The notes under the pieces were generated by a model that worked only from the letters and a program-made list of their open reading frames with translations, did no database searches and had not been told where the DNA came from. A DNA stretch of 64,000 nucleotides. It comes from a virus (taxonomy: Duplodnaviria > Caudoviricetes). This document shows, in pieces, positions 37,880 through 47,431 of the stretch. The stretch lies in IMG/VR virus record IMGVR_UViG_3300003962_000013, positions 32,001 to 96,000 of that record; one strand, given 5' to 3'. The translations under genes were made by a program, and so were the position numbers. Each line of letters begins with the position of its first letter. The stretch's first letter is position 1.

Positions 37880-38492
37880 GATATGAAAAATTCCACTTTG
37901 ATGTTTTATATTTCTTTTGTAAAGAATTAGTAATCAATGAAGGAGAGATATTTATGGATTTACTAGCTTCACTACAACTATTATATACTTTACCAGTATT
38001 ATTATCTATGATTTTTTTACACATTCTATTAATATATTCTTTAGAATGCTTTTTTTTATCTTTTTGTTTTAATCCAACATTTTTTCTCCAACTTTGAGAT
38101 TTCGCTATTTTGGATTGTTTATTTTTGGTATCTTGAGTTCTTTTTTTACCTAAATTATATGTATTTCCAATTTTAGATTTTCTGATTTTTTCTTTTACCT
38201 CTTCACTTCTAGGCCCAATTCCATTATCGTTTAATTCACAATTTAATCCTTCATTTATTGAATTAAAATATATTTTATAATATTTTTCTCTTTCGTTTAG
38301 TTGATCTAAAGAACATTCTTCAATTATTTCAAATATATGATTTTCAGGACCATATTTTTTAAGTGAGTTATATATTTTAGGTTGTTGAGAACAATTCATC
38401 CTTTTATATTCTTTAAATCTTCTAATTATGTCAATACTTTGACCTATATAAATTTTATTCTTTGGATTAATTATTTTATAAATTCCTACCAT
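37872..38492 (-). CDS. GIY-YIG homing endonuclease
   Basis: VGIYKIINPKNKIYIGQS. Confidence 0.85.
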   Translation of the reverse strand: MVGIYKIINPKNKIYIGQSIDIIRRFKEYKRMNCSQQPKIYNSLKKYGPENHIFEIIEECSLDQLNEREKYYKIYFNSINEGLNCELNDNGIGPRSEEVKEKIRKSKIGNTYNLGKKRTQDTKNKQSKIAKSQSWRKNVGLKQKDKKKHSKEYINRMCKKIIDNNTGKVYNSCSEASKSINISPSLITNSLQKKYKTSKWNFSYHE

Positions 38493-38493
38493 A

Positions 38494-39078
38494 TTATTTT
38501 TTACCTATTTTCCAATAGGTTCTTAAGCTTAGATTTGGTTGAAGGTTTCCATCTATTCCTATTCCTAATCCATAAGCTTGTTTCTTTTTAGTTCTCAACA
38601 ATAATTCAGGTCCGAAATAATTAATTCCACTTTTACCCCCTACTAATCCTAATCCTACATAAAGTTCTACTTTATCTTTTACCACAGTATGTGTTACATT
38701 CAATGTTGGGAGAATAAATTGATATTTTACTGAGCGAGATTTAATTTTATTTTCAGATACTGAATCATTAATATATAGTTTTAATGAGTCTCCTTTTATA
38801 GAATCTTCATAATAATATGTTGAGTAATAATCTCCAACAACATATGCTGTATCTATAATTGTAGTAGTATCATGAATATATTCTTTTTTGGTTTTCCATT
38901 TAGGAATATATTCAGGAACTATTTGAGTAAATGTATCATGAGTTATTGTAGTGGTTGTAACAGTATCAGTAGAAGAAGATATTGAAGGTCCTCCTCCACA
39001 TCTTTGTAAAAGAATTACAATTATCAAGACTATGATAATTATAAAATAAAATTTGGTTTTATTTTCGTTCCAATTCAT
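38494..39078 (-). CDS. Membrane-anchored protein with C-terminal beta strands; possible spanin
   Basis: Hydrophobic N-terminus followed by LLQRC (possible lipoprotein Cys); amphipathic beta C-terminus. Confidence 0.45.
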   Translation of the reverse strand: MNWNENKTKFYFIIIIVLIIVILLQRCGGGPSISSSTDTVTTTTITHDTFTQIVPEYIPKWKTKKEYIHDTTTIIDTAYVVGDYYSTYYYEDSIKGDSLKLYINDSVSENKIKSRSVKYQFILPTLNVTHTVVKDKVELYVGLGLVGGKSGINYFGPELLLRTKKKQAYGLGIGIDGNLQPNLSLRTYWKIGKK

Positions 39079-39082
39079 ATTA

Positions 39083-39949
39083 TTACCCCATTACATCTGA
39101 AACCATATCTGCTAAATCAACACCTTTGGCTTTAAATAATTTTTTAACATCATCTCTATTGATTAATGTTTTTAAAATTTTAAAATCATCAGATTCTAAT
39201 CGTTTTGCTTTACTGATATCTTGTAATTTATTTACTTTAGATTCAATTCCTTTTTTTAATTTAGAATATTTTTCTTCATCTTCTGGGGATAATTTTTGAG
39301 CATATTCTTTTCCTCCAGTTGATTTTTCAACAGCTTTAATATCGGCAGCTTTTGGTTCATCTGGTATTGTTTCTTCTTCTTCTTCCTTTTCCCAATCATC
39401 TTTTACTTCAATATCTTCTTCATCATCATCTTTAGTAGCAGCTACTGTTGGTTCTTCAATATCGGTTTCTGGTTCTTCAATTGGAGTTTCTTCTTTATCA
39501 ACTGCTTTAGGAGTTGTAGTTTTAGTTAGTGCAAATGCTCCTATTTTTAAGAATTCATTAACGGATGGATTTATTGCAGGTTGACTAGATTTTCCTACTG
39601 CTTTAGCTAATTCTAATTGAGATATACCTTCTTCACCAGCTTTTTCTACTACATCTAAAAGGTCTCCTTTCCATGTTCCACCATATAATTTTTTAGCAAT
39701 AGCCATTTTTGCTGGGTCTCCAACTTTGACATTATTTGGAGTACGAGCCATTTCATTAACTTTATCTTCTTCTAATGAAGGAGAGGTTTTAGATACTTCG
39801 GTTTTTTTCTTTTGTAGGGCTACAATTTCTTTATCTATAGCTACTTTTTTAGCATCTTGGGCTGCTTTATCTGCAGCAGCATCTTCGGATAAAGTTAGTG
39901 TATTAACAATTTCTTCTTTAATAAAATTATAAAATTCTTTACGTTTCAT
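39083..39949 (-). CDS. Putative internal head protein with a winged-helix-like domain
   Basis: FIKEEI N-terminus; GISQLELAKAVGKSSQPAINP; paralogue of 40577..41242. Confidence 0.5.
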   Translation of the reverse strand: MKRKEFYNFIKEEIVNTLTLSEDAAADKAAQDAKKVAIDKEIVALQKKKTEVSKTSPSLEEDKVNEMARTPNNVKVGDPAKMAIAKKLYGGTWKGDLLDVVEKAGEEGISQLELAKAVGKSSQPAINPSVNEFLKIGAFALTKTTTPKAVDKEETPIEEPETDIEEPTVAATKDDDEEDIEVKDDWEKEEEEETIPDEPKAADIKAVEKSTGGKEYAQKLSPEDEEKYSKLKKGIESKVNKLQDISKAKRLESDDFKILKTLINRDDVKKLFKAKGVDLADMVSDVMG

Positions 39950-39970
39950 TGGGAGATTTTATTATAAATA

Positions 39971-40501
39971 TTAATAATTTAAATAAGATTTTATTTGTTT
40001 TATTCTATCCTCATTATTTCCTGATAATATTCCAAAGTTTCTTATTTTATCTAAATGAGAACTACATAAATGTTTAATAGTTTGATCTATTTGATATCTA
40101 TATATTGAATCAGTAGTTCTAACGGAATTATCTTCTATCGGAACACCCGAAGGAGTAACATAAAATATCCAATCATATTCTTCAATAAATCTAGAAGCAA
40201 AATGTTCAAAAGCTATTTTATCTGGTTTTTCAATTGATTCAGCATTTAAAGTGAATGCTATAACATCTATAACAGTTCTATCAGTTATAACGTTTGTTTG
40301 AATTAATTCTGAGCATCTTTCTGCTAAGAATATGGCTTGACCTTTTAATGTACTATCTGTATTTAGAGGAATACCTAAATCACGTAAGTATTTACTTCTT
40401 TCAGTAGCAAAATTGTAATGTGAGAATTCAGGGAGTTCTTTTAGTGAATTTACTAATGTAGTTTTCCCAACACTCATAGTACCACAAAAACCTATTTTCA
40501 T
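39971..40501 (-). CDS. AAA_28 / NadR-type P-loop kinase
   Basis: GTMSVGKTT; ITDRTVID; EDNSVR. Confidence 0.75.
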   Translation of the reverse strand: MKIGFCGTMSVGKTTLVNSLKELPEFSHYNFATERSKYLRDLGIPLNTDSTLKGQAIFLAERCSELIQTNVITDRTVIDVIAFTLNAESIEKPDKIAFEHFASRFIEEYDWIFYVTPSGVPIEDNSVRTTDSIYRYQIDQTIKHLCSSHLDKIRNFGILSGNNEDRIKQIKSYLNY

Positions 40502-40526
40502 ATTATATTGTTTGTTTATTTATAAA

Positions 40527-40557
40527 ATAAAAAGAAAGCCTGACTATGTCAAGCTTT
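40527..40557 (-). terminator. Terminator
   Basis: AAAGCTTGAC-ATA-GTCAGGCTTT plus T tract on the minus strand. Confidence 0.7.
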
Positions 40558-40576
40558 CCTTGTAAATTTGTTATAA

Positions 40577-41242
40577 TTAAAGTCCTGCAAGTTTTTTCAT
40601 GCGGGTAAATGATTCACTCAATTGAATTGATTCAGCTACTTTTTTATCTAAATCTTCATCATCAACATCTCCATCTCCGTCTTCATCTTCAATATCTAAT
40701 GATGCAGTCATTGCTGCTTTCATTCCATCTTTTGCTTGTGATGGAGCTGCTTTACGACCACGTTTTAATAATCCTTTAACTCTAAGTCTTAATTTTTCAA
40801 TAAAATCTGGACCTAACATTTCTAATTCATCTTCTGTTGGTTCATAGTTAGCATCTGCTTCTAATTTACTGTTAACAGCTTTCGCCATTATTGTTTTTTC
40901 AGAAGTAGGACGACCTTTAACACCACTAGTTTCTGGTTTTTCTTTTTTAGGTACTGATAATTCACCTTTAGAGAATATATTAGCTTCTAAAAAATCTCTA
41001 ACTTTTGGATTAATAGCTTGCTGACCAGATTTACCTAATAGTCTAGCTAGTTCAGGTTGAGGAATACCACCAGAATCTGCTTTTAATACATAATCAATCA
41101 TATCTGCTATCCATGTACCAGCATATAATTCTTTAGCTGCTTCAGCTTTTTCTTGGTCTCCTATTTTGATATTAGTTGAAATACGAGCTAGTTCATCAAG
41201 TTCTTGATTAACCATTTCGCGAATAATGTTTTTTAATTTCAT
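40577..41242 (-). CDS. Putative internal head protein with a winged-helix-like domain
   Basis: MKLKNIIREM; GIPQPELARLLGKSGQQAINP; ends ESFTRMKKLAGL. Confidence 0.5.
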   Translation of the reverse strand: MKLKNIIREMVNQELDELARISTNIKIGDQEKAEAAKELYAGTWIADMIDYVLKADSGGIPQPELARLLGKSGQQAINPKVRDFLEANIFSKGELSVPKKEKPETSGVKGRPTSEKTIMAKAVNSKLEADANYEPTEDELEMLGPDFIEKLRLRVKGLLKRGRKAAPSQAKDGMKAAMTASLDIEDEDGDGDVDDEDLDKKVAESIQLSESFTRMKKLAGL

Positions 41243-41351
41243 TATAGTATAAGTTTATGTTTTATTATACATATTGTAACTTTCGTAAAATTAAAAATTT
41301 TCGATAAATTCAGGGAATTCTTCATGTTCCATAACATAATAAATGATTTGA

Positions 41352-42674
41352 TTATGATAATAAATATTCAGCAGAATAAATCCCTTGTGCTCCTGAAACA
41401 GTAATTCCACGAGCTGATAAAGCATCTCCTACGAAATGGATATTTGGGTAATCAACCAATGCTAAATTTTTATAATCTACTAATGGTTCAGGACTTAAAT
41501 ATTTTACTTCAGGAATATACATTCCCCAATCATCACCAAATTCAAATATTTTATTCATTTGATCAATAAAGTTAAGAATATAATCCGCATATTCACCAAA
41601 AGCACCTTTAAAGATATCTAAATTTGTAATTGAAATGCTTTTAACCATATTTCCTTCTGAGGTATGTGATGGTTCACGTGATGGTGAATAATATACTCCT
41701 GATTTCCATTCTTTATTTATTGCTATTGTTTCAAATTGACAATTTTGTACTACATTTCTACACCATTCAAATGGATTATCAATACCCTTAATTTCCATCA
41801 AAATACCAAAATTAGTCATATCATTACGATATTGTTCTCCTTTTTTAGCATGGCCATTGTAACTAATATCTCCATAAGTTTCTTCAACTGCTACATAAGC
41901 AGCATTATTATTAGTACAGAATGAACGTAATGAAACATTATCAAATTTTTGATATAGTTTAAAATCATAACTAACATCAATTAGTTTTTGAAAGTATTTT
42001 TGTGGTGCTTCGAAGCGAACACCTATTTGAACTGATTTAGGTTCTGTTGGTAATTTATAATCGTTTGATAGTTTTTGAGCAAAGTCAATACCTGATTTAC
42101 CTACTGCAAAGATGAGTTTATCATAATTTGAAGTAAGATTATGTAATTTATTTCCTATATGATAGGATAAATAATTTCCTTCAAAAGCAATATCATGTAC
42201 CTCAGTTTCCCATAAAAATTCTACTCCTTTATCAACTAAATAATCATACCATCTTTTTCCTATTTCATGTAAATATTCTGTTCCAATATGGTAAACAGGA
42301 AATAAACGAAGACCAAAATAAGGCTTTATAAAATCTGGTTCTTCTTGAGGGTCTGATTTCATAATTACTGATGGATTAGGGTGGAATCTAGTTACCATTT
42401 GAATAACTTGATCCATTAAATCATAAGCTTTTTCTTCACCACAATATTTTGAGAGTTGACCACCAATGGAGGTGTGGAAGGTTAATTTGCCATCTGAGAA
42501 GAGTCCCGCTCCAAATCCTCCACACATTACTTCTTCTGGGAGTCTAGTGTGAGGGTCTTTTCCTTTATCTATAACTGTAATTAATTCTCCAGGATAACCA
42601 TTATCTACTAGTTTAGTAACAAAGCACATTCCTGCAACTCCACCACCAACTATAACTATTTTTTCTTTTTTCAT
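41352..42674 (-). CDS. FAD-dependent oxidoreductase
   Basis: IVIVGGGVAG Rossmann motif; GAGLFSDGKL; GVRFE; RSFCTN; FVGD. Start moved to MKKEK (42674). Confidence 0.8.
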   Translation of the reverse strand: MKKEKIVIVGGGVAGMCFVTKLVDNGYPGELITVIDKGKDPHTRLPEEVMCGGFGAGLFSDGKLTFHTSIGGQLSKYCGEEKAYDLMDQVIQMVTRFHPNPSVIMKSDPQEEPDFIKPYFGLRLFPVYHIGTEYLHEIGKRWYDYLVDKGVEFLWETEVHDIAFEGNYLSYHIGNKLHNLTSNYDKLIFAVGKSGIDFAQKLSNDYKLPTEPKSVQIGVRFEAPQKYFQKLIDVSYDFKLYQKFDNVSLRSFCTNNNAAYVAVEETYGDISYNGHAKKGEQYRNDMTNFGILMEIKGIDNPFEWCRNVVQNCQFETIAINKEWKSGVYYSPSREPSHTSEGNMVKSISITNLDIFKGAFGEYADYILNFIDQMNKIFEFGDDWGMYIPEVKYLSPEPLVDYKNLALVDYPNIHFVGDALSARGITVSGAQGIYSAEYLLS

Positions 42675-42675
42675 A

Positions 42676-43389
42676 CTATTTTTTATATTTAAATTTGTAC
42701 CCATGACAGGTTTTTTGTCTACCATTACAACAATCTTTTATTTGCTTATCAACATTTTTAGAAATTAGTGAATTTTTTTCTAAAAGCCAATTTTTAGCTT
42801 CTCTTAAACAAGGAAAATCTTTAATAAATTTATTATTTAAATCATAACATTCAACAATTTTTCCTTTAGATTCTAAATTTGCTTTAGATATATTCTCGAT
42901 ATGTTCTTTAGTAAAAGGTTTAGCTTTACCCTTATTTCCTTTACTTATTTTATCTTTAACTTCATTAGTATAATATTTTGAATGGTTATTTTTATTTAAA
43001 GCTTTTTTTATTTTCATTTTCCATTCATCATTAAAACAACTATGTCCTTTTTTAGATTTAGATATTTTCTTTCTTGTTTCTTCACTTAAAGGACCTCCAC
43101 CTTCATCTAAGATATTACAAAATAAAGCCATTTCCCAACCAAATTCATTTATAAATTGTTGTTTATAAAATATTTCCCTTTCGATAAGTAACTCTTTAGA
43201 ACACTCTTCAATTATTTCTAATTTATGAGCTTCCCAACCATATTTTAATAAAGATCTATAAATTTTAGGTTGTTCTTCACAAAATAAATTTCTATAGTGA
43301 CTTTTTCTTCTAACTATATTAAAAGTTTTTCCCATGTAAACTCTACCTTTTGGATTAGTTATTTTATAAATACAAATTTTTACCATCAA
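42676..43389 (-). CDS. GIY-YIG homing endonuclease (CIY...YMG variant) with NUMOD3/NUMOD1-like parts
   Basis: ICIYKITNPKGRVYMG; LSEETRKKIS. Confidence 0.8.
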   Translation of the reverse strand: MMVKICIYKITNPKGRVYMGKTFNIVRRKSHYRNLFCEEQPKIYRSLLKYGWEAHKLEIIEECSKELLIEREIFYKQQFINEFGWEMALFCNILDEGGGPLSEETRKKISKSKKGHSCFNDEWKMKIKKALNKNNHSKYYTNEVKDKISKGNKGKAKPFTKEHIENISKANLESKGKIVECYDLNNKFIKDFPCLREAKNWLLEKNSLISKNVDKQIKDCCNGRQKTCHGYKFKYKK

Positions 43390-43427
43390 TTATACATATG
43401 GTGAAATTCCGTCAGACCAACATCCTA

Positions 43428-43580
43428 TTAACAATTCCAATATCTTGATTTACTAATATCTTTAGCAATAATTATACTCTCACCATTATATTTTTGATGA
43501 AAAGCTCTTCTAGCTTCACCTTCAGTATTACAATGAATTATTGAACCATGAAAGGTTCCTGTTATAGCGTAGACTTTCAT
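43428..43580 (-). CDS. Small hypothetical protein (50 aa)
   Basis: Manual translation MKVYAITGTFHGSIIHCNTEGEARRAFHQKYNGESIIIAKDISKSRYWNC*; fills the gap between genes. Confidence 0.55.
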   Translation of the reverse strand: MKVYAITGTFHGSIIHCNTEGEARRAFHQKYNGESIIIAKDISKSRYWNC

Positions 43581-43581
43581 T

Positions 43582-43728
43582 TCAATATTTTTTAAACCAA
43601 ATTTCAAAGAAAATTAAACCAATAATTAATGCTTTAAAATCTCCATCCTCATCTCCACCTTCTAAAGTATATATTCCTAATGAAAATTCACCTTCTAAAA
43701 AATTATTTAATTGACCTTCTATTTGCAT
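43582..43728 (-). CDS. Small hypothetical protein (48 aa) with a hydrophobic C-terminus
   Basis: Manual translation MQIEGQLNNFLEGEFSLGIYTLEGGDEDGDFKALIIGLIFFEIWFKKY*. Confidence 0.5.
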   Translation of the reverse strand: MQIEGQLNNFLEGEFSLGIYTLEGGDEDGDFKALIIGLIFFEIWFKKY

Positions 43729-44083
43729 TTTCTAATTTCTCTTTAATTCGTTGTCTAATTATTTCTTCATCTCTTTTGGTAGGAATATAATCATTCATAA
43801 GTTCTTTAGGAAGATTATCCCACGCGTTTCCATAATAAGATACATTAAAATTTCTAGATTTACACTCTTTATATAAATCTTCATATCTTTTTCTTAAATA
43901 TTCTAATTTATCATAAAAAAATGATACGTGTCCTTTACCTAAAGTAAATTCTTTAGGAATATTTTTTAAATTATATCTACCACGAGATATACAATTCGGA
44001 ATACGTTTGATTTCGCGATGTTCTGCTATTAAATGGCGAGTAGTTAATTCAGCGGGGGGGATTACAACATTAATTCTTGTCAT
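43703..44083 (-). CDS. denV: Pyrimidine dimer DNA glycosylase (T4 endonuclease V-like)
   Basis: MTRINV..P.EL...HLIAEHREIKRI; FTLGKGHVSFFYDKL. Confidence 0.9.
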   Translation of the reverse strand: MTRINVVIPPAELTTRHLIAEHREIKRIPNCISRGRYNLKNIPKEFTLGKGHVSFFYDKLEYLRKRYEDLYKECKSRNFNVSYYGNAWDNLPKELMNDYIPTKRDEEIIRQRIKEKLENANRRSIK

Positions 44084-44121
44084 AACTTTATTTTTAATAT
44101 ATGTTAAAAGATTTTGTAAAC

Positions 44122-45084
44122 CTAATTTTTAGGATGATATTTGAAATCACCTCTTTTTAATCTTTGTAATAAATCATATTGTCTAGGAGTAGCTAGATTG
44201 TTTTGTTTTATAACAGAATTGATTATATCTTGAAAATATTTTCTACTTGAAATAGATATTCCATTACTGTTATTTAATATTTGTTGGAAATATTTAGGAT
44301 TTACAGATTTATTTTCTTCATTTATAGCTTCTACCCCAAAATATGTTTTAGCATATATATTGGGGATTTTTCTTGTTTTTTGAAGTTTTCCTCCTGATAG
44401 GAATGGTTTACCAAAATCTACTTCTATCCAATCTAACATTCCTCTTTGATCTGATTTACCTGTATTCCCTGATGAAGTAGCAACAATTGTTCCTTTACCA
44501 TAAACATCGTGTTCAAAAGGAGTATTAATTCTATAATCAGTTCTAACTTTATATGGAAGATCCTTTTCAGATATTTTTTCTTCTTTTGATTCTACTCCCA
44601 TTAATTTGTTCAAATTTATAGGAGATGGAGCTGACTGGATAATTTTGATTGGAGTATCAATTTGTTTTCTATCTAAATGACTAGATATTTTTTTATTTAA
44701 ATCTTCAGCATCTGTTAATACTAATGTAAGTATTTTTTCTTTATAAATTGTAAGATAATAATATGTTCCTTTAAGATCAGAAGACTGGATATTAATAGGG
44801 TATTGTTTTCCGTTTGTTTCTATTACTGGAGTGTAAAATTTGTATCCAACATAATAATTTTGGGATGATGGAATATCTTGGGATTCTATAGATTTTAATT
44901 TAGTTAATATAGAATCTTGAATATATTTTATTAATGGTTGTTGGATTTGGTTTAATGTAAAGTTACCTAGGGCTTCTTTAGGAACAGTTATATTTTTTAT
45001 ATCAATAACTCTATCTTGCTTTCTATCAATATAGTGAGCCGTTTGGATTAGTTCTTGAAGAATTTCTAGTAATTTTATCATCAT
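44122..45084 (-). CDS. Putative internal head protein
   Basis: (M)MIKLLEILQE start directly after the late promoter motif; the track start at 45117 lies inside a terminator. Confidence 0.55.
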   Translation of the reverse strand: MMIKLLEILQELIQTAHYIDRKQDRVIDIKNITVPKEALGNFTLNQIQQPLIKYIQDSILTKLKSIESQDIPSSQNYYVGYKFYTPVIETNGKQYPINIQSSDLKGTYYYLTIYKEKILTLVLTDAEDLNKKISSHLDRKQIDTPIKIIQSAPSPINLNKLMGVESKEEKISEKDLPYKVRTDYRINTPFEHDVYGKGTIVATSSGNTGKSDQRGMLDWIEVDFGKPFLSGGKLQKTRKIPNIYAKTYFGVEAINEENKSVNPKYFQQILNNSNGISISSRKYFQDIINSVIKQNNLATPRQYDLLQRLKRGDFKYHPKN

Positions 45085-45096
45085 ATATAAATATGT

Positions 45097-45126
45097 AAAA
45101 AAGCCGTGATTTACCACAGCTTTTTC
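45097..45126 (-). terminator. Terminator
   Basis: AAAAAGCTGTG-GTAAAT-CACGGCTTTTTT on the minus strand. Confidence 0.7.
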
Positions 45127-45147
45127 TACAATAATTGGAAAAAATAT

Positions 45148-45579
45148 TTATTTAATAATTCCTGCTAGTTTTTGCATTTTTATAAATGATTCGTTTAATG
45201 GTTCAGATTCTTCCTCAGACATATCCAATTTAGCATCCATATCCATTTCATCAACAGGTTCTTCAGTAACTACTTCTTTCTTTTCTTCTTTTGGTTGGTT
45301 TTTACCATCCATTTTATCTAGTTGTTTCTTGTATTTGTTTAAACTTTTTTCTAAAACTTTAATTTCAGCTCTTAAAGATTTAATTTTTACAGGATCAACC
45401 ATGTCTTTCATTTCTTCTAATGATTCAGACATTTCAATCTTTTTATTTCTTGAAGCAATAGCTTCTTCACATTTATTCATTTTAGCTTCTAAAGCAGCTC
45501 TATCACCAGCATCATCTATTTCACGAATATAATCTTGAATAGATTCTCTGATAAGTTGTCTAAGTTCTGTTGGTTTCAT
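45148..45579 (-). CDS. Putative internal head protein
   Basis: MKPTELRQLIRESI...LNESFIKMQKLAGII. Confidence 0.55.
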   Translation of the reverse strand: MKPTELRQLIRESIQDYIREIDDAGDRAALEAKMNKCEEAIASRNKKIEMSESLEEMKDMVDPVKIKSLRAEIKVLEKSLNKYKKQLDKMDGKNQPKEEKKEVVTEEPVDEMDMDAKLDMSEEESEPLNESFIKMQKLAGIIK

Positions 45580-45615
45580 TGTTTTTTTTATTTATTATAA
45601 ATATTGTACTATTTA

Positions 45616-45873
45616 TTAAGATTGATTGTTTTGTTGATTATCGTTAGGAGCTTTAAAGAAATTGGTTAGAAATTTACCCACAATAGCAAAGGCAATTGAA
45701 CCCCCTATCATAAGTTTAATTTCTGCAACTGTAAATATTTCTTTTAATGTGTCAAATTGCCACATACCCCCAACAGCAACTACTGCTGCTATTGCTAAAA
45801 GTGAATCTCCAACTTTTCTCCAAAATGCTGGTGTTGGTGATTTGTAATACGAATGTTTAAGTTTAAATCCCAT
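45616..45873 (-). CDS. Holin-like membrane protein (two TM segments)
   Basis: Two hydrophobic helices; immediately downstream of the putative endolysin. Confidence 0.5.
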   Translation of the reverse strand: MGFKLKHSYYKSPTPAFWRKVGDSLLAIAAVVAVGGMWQFDTLKEIFTVAEIKLMIGGSIAFAIVGKFLTNFFKAPNDNQQNNQS

Positions 45874-45874
45874 G

Positions 45875-46420
45875 TTAAAATTCTTTTAAAAGTGTGTAAG
45901 TAAATTGTTTTTTTCCAGATAACTTGGCCTGGTGAAGCAATTCTTTAAAATCATCAGGGTTATTTAATACTTGACATCCGGCTGACCATTTGTCTATTAA
46001 TTTAGAAACTAATTTATCATTAGCTCTATGTATGTTAATTCCAAAATATCCAGTTTCTGTTATTTTGGTTTCTTCAGCTATATCATCTTTATCACCATCT
46101 CTATATACAGTAATAGGTTTGGCTTGAACAAATGCTTCATATTTATTTTGGTGTAAACCTAATTTATATGAATCTATATATTGTCCAGGTTTTAGAAGGG
46201 CTGTTCCTTTAGGGTTTAGTAAATTTTTTAACCAATGTGTTCCAGGATTAGTTGTTCCTGTAAACCAGGTAATTTTATCATTATTTACTACTCCTATCAA
46301 ATCATCAAATTGATTAGGTTTATTTTCTTTAGATCTAATTCCAACTATGTGGAAATTAAACCAACTATATGAATTTTTTGTAAATTCTGATTTTAATTCA
46401 TTTATTGAGTAAAATTTCAT
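45875..46420 (-). CDS. Putative endolysin (His/Cys peptidase, L,D-transpeptidase-like motif)
   Basis: GINIHRA...WSAGCQV. Confidence 0.6.
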   Translation of the reverse strand: MKFYSINELKSEFTKNSYSWFNFHIVGIRSKENKPNQFDDLIGVVNNDKITWFTGTTNPGTHWLKNLLNPKGTALLKPGQYIDSYKLGLHQNKYEAFVQAKPITVYRDGDKDDIAEETKITETGYFGINIHRANDKLVSKLIDKWSAGCQVLNNPDDFKELLHQAKLSGKKQFTYTLLKEF

Positions 46421-46422
46421 AA

Positions 46423-47418
46423 TTATATCCCTATGTTTATTAATTGAGGTTCGGATTTAAATTTCACTATACCCCTTATATTATTTATATTATTAATTAT
46501 TTGTTTTATTGTTTCAATATCAAATTTTCCATTTTTTATATATGGATATGGATCTATTTTAACTGTTAATTTATCATATGAATGGCCTTTTTTAGATAAT
46601 CTAGGATTATATTCTTCAGTATCAACAGTAGTAATTCCTGTAATAGATCTAATATCTGAAAGTATTTGGGTTTGAGTTTTTATTTTGTTATTGGTAACTA
46701 ATAATCCTTCAATTTTATATAATTTGGAAGCTGAATCTTCATTTATTAATGGGATTCTTTTAGTTAAACGATTAAAAGAATCATATTTGTAAATATATTT
46801 ATTTTCATTAAGATTTAATAAAGATAAATATTGTTTATCTACTTCATAATTTTTTAATATTTTGGTTAATTCTTTAAAATTACCATCAAATATAGCTTGT
46901 TCTACTTCATAATATAAATCACTTTTTCCATAATCAGTTTCTATTTGATTTAAGAGTTCTTCATATGGTAACATAAATACTCCACTAGTAAAATCAGAAT
47001 CTAATTTGGTACCAAGATTGTTTTCAACTAAACTAGTATTATTTAAATAAATTAGATCTAATGGAACTTTTATTCCCTCAAATAAACCGTATTCTCCTAA
47101 ATTTGTTTTAGCTATGATTTTTTTATCTATTTCATTAACATGTATTATATTACGAGAATAAAGATATCTAGCTTCAGCCCATAAATCTAAATATTCAGTT
47201 AATGATTTAACTTTAGTTTTATATAATGGTAACTTATTATCAATATGGTATTTCATATTCTCAGTCACCTTAATTTTTGCTTTAATATCTTTATTTAATA
47301 CAGGACCATAATTTCCCACATTCTCACAAGAATGGCAACCGCAATTACACGTATCTTTCTTTTTGGGAGGAGACGCTAATACTTCTTTGATTAACTGTTT
47401 TATTTTTGAATGTTCCAT
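46423..47418 (-). CDS. Putative internal head protein, modular
   Basis: IKQLIKEVL; CNCGCHSC; several [LIV]xE sites. Confidence 0.5.
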   Translation of the reverse strand: MEHSKIKQLIKEVLASPPKKKDTCNCGCHSCENVGNYGPVLNKDIKAKIKVTENMKYHIDNKLPLYKTKVKSLTEYLDLWAEARYLYSRNIIHVNEIDKKIIAKTNLGEYGLFEGIKVPLDLIYLNNTSLVENNLGTKLDSDFTSGVFMLPYEELLNQIETDYGKSDLYYEVEQAIFDGNFKELTKILKNYEVDKQYLSLLNLNENKYIYKYDSFNRLTKRIPLINEDSASKLYKIEGLLVTNNKIKTQTQILSDIRSITGITTVDTEEYNPRLSKKGHSYDKLTVKIDPYPYIKNGKFDIETIKQIINNINNIRGIVKFKSEPQLINIGI

Positions 47419-47431
47419 GATTATAAATATA

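Noticed and set aside
34416-38492. Group I introns or inteins in terminase or portal
   Set aside because: Both ORFs are continuous and of normal length; the adjacent GIY-YIG gene is free-standing
41291-41352. Possible out-of-frame C-terminal extension of the FAD oxidoreductase (…MEHEEFPEFIENF*)
   Set aside because: Too short to distinguish from chance without homologue alignments
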